From: Lentisphaeria bacterium
GTDB taxonomy: Bacteria > Verrucomicrobiota > Lentisphaeria > Oligosphaerales > Oligosphaeraceae
Length of the DNA stretch: 64,000 nucleotides
Assembly (NCBI GenBank): GCA_024405215.1
Contig: JAKSPB010000017.1
Coordinates: 15 to 64,014, forward strand
Reading direction: 5' to 3'
Positions 63,949 through 64,000 of this stretch are shown here, one piece after another; within the stretch, counting starts at the first letter, position 1, and each line of letters opens with the position of its first letter. The position numbers and the translations under genes are program-made. The notes under the pieces are model-generated. The model made no database searches and had not been told where the DNA came from. It saw only the letters and a list, made by a program, of their open reading frames with translations.

Positions 63949-64000
63949 TTCGTAGTTAGAGACTACTTGCTTTTGGGGTAATCATTGTCTGTTCTTCTCC

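Overview
GC-rich bacterial chromosomal window, roughly 60% G+C by eye, so long spurious antisense ORFs are common. Gene content suggests the PVC superphylum (Lentisphaerota, Verrucomicrobiota or Kiritimatiellota-like): an H-X9-DG pseudopilin-like protein and many exported glycan-active enzymes. Layout: 0.1-1.0 kb pseudopilin-like gene. 1.4-1.75 kb tRNA-Ser(CGA) with a possible integrase remnant. 1.8-9.85 kb tight minus-strand operon of TPR protein, 1549-aa SF1 helicase-nuclease, tmk and holB. 10-17 kb GH63-like hydrolase, CNNM/CorC transporter and Ser/Thr kinase. 17.1-22.4 kb TolC-MacA-MacB-type efflux operon. 22.7-32.7 kb MarC plus exported GH16, ADP-ribosylglycohydrolase-fold and DUF4091 proteins. 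33-39.5 kb DeoR regulator plus a 2-oxoacid dehydrogenase complex (E2, E3, fused E1 alpha-beta). 39.8-45.9 kb MATE transporter, family-B DNA polymerase, RodA/FtsW, signal peptidase I and an NFACT-R protein. 46-50.3 kb two exported carbohydrate-binding proteins. 50.3-58.2 kb visibly more A+T-rich accessory segment: double GNAT, coiled-coil exported protein, and an adenylation-carrier-acyltransferase fusion behind a sigma-54-type promoter with a divergent sigma-54 activator. 58.2-64 kb operon of two leaderless beta-helix repeat proteins, each preceded by a paralogous tiny acidic ORF, ending in a transposase-derived HTH protein. These last two loci look the most novel. No CRISPR array, rRNA, intact IS or prophage was seen. 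All calls rest on motif reading by eye; no database search was possible.
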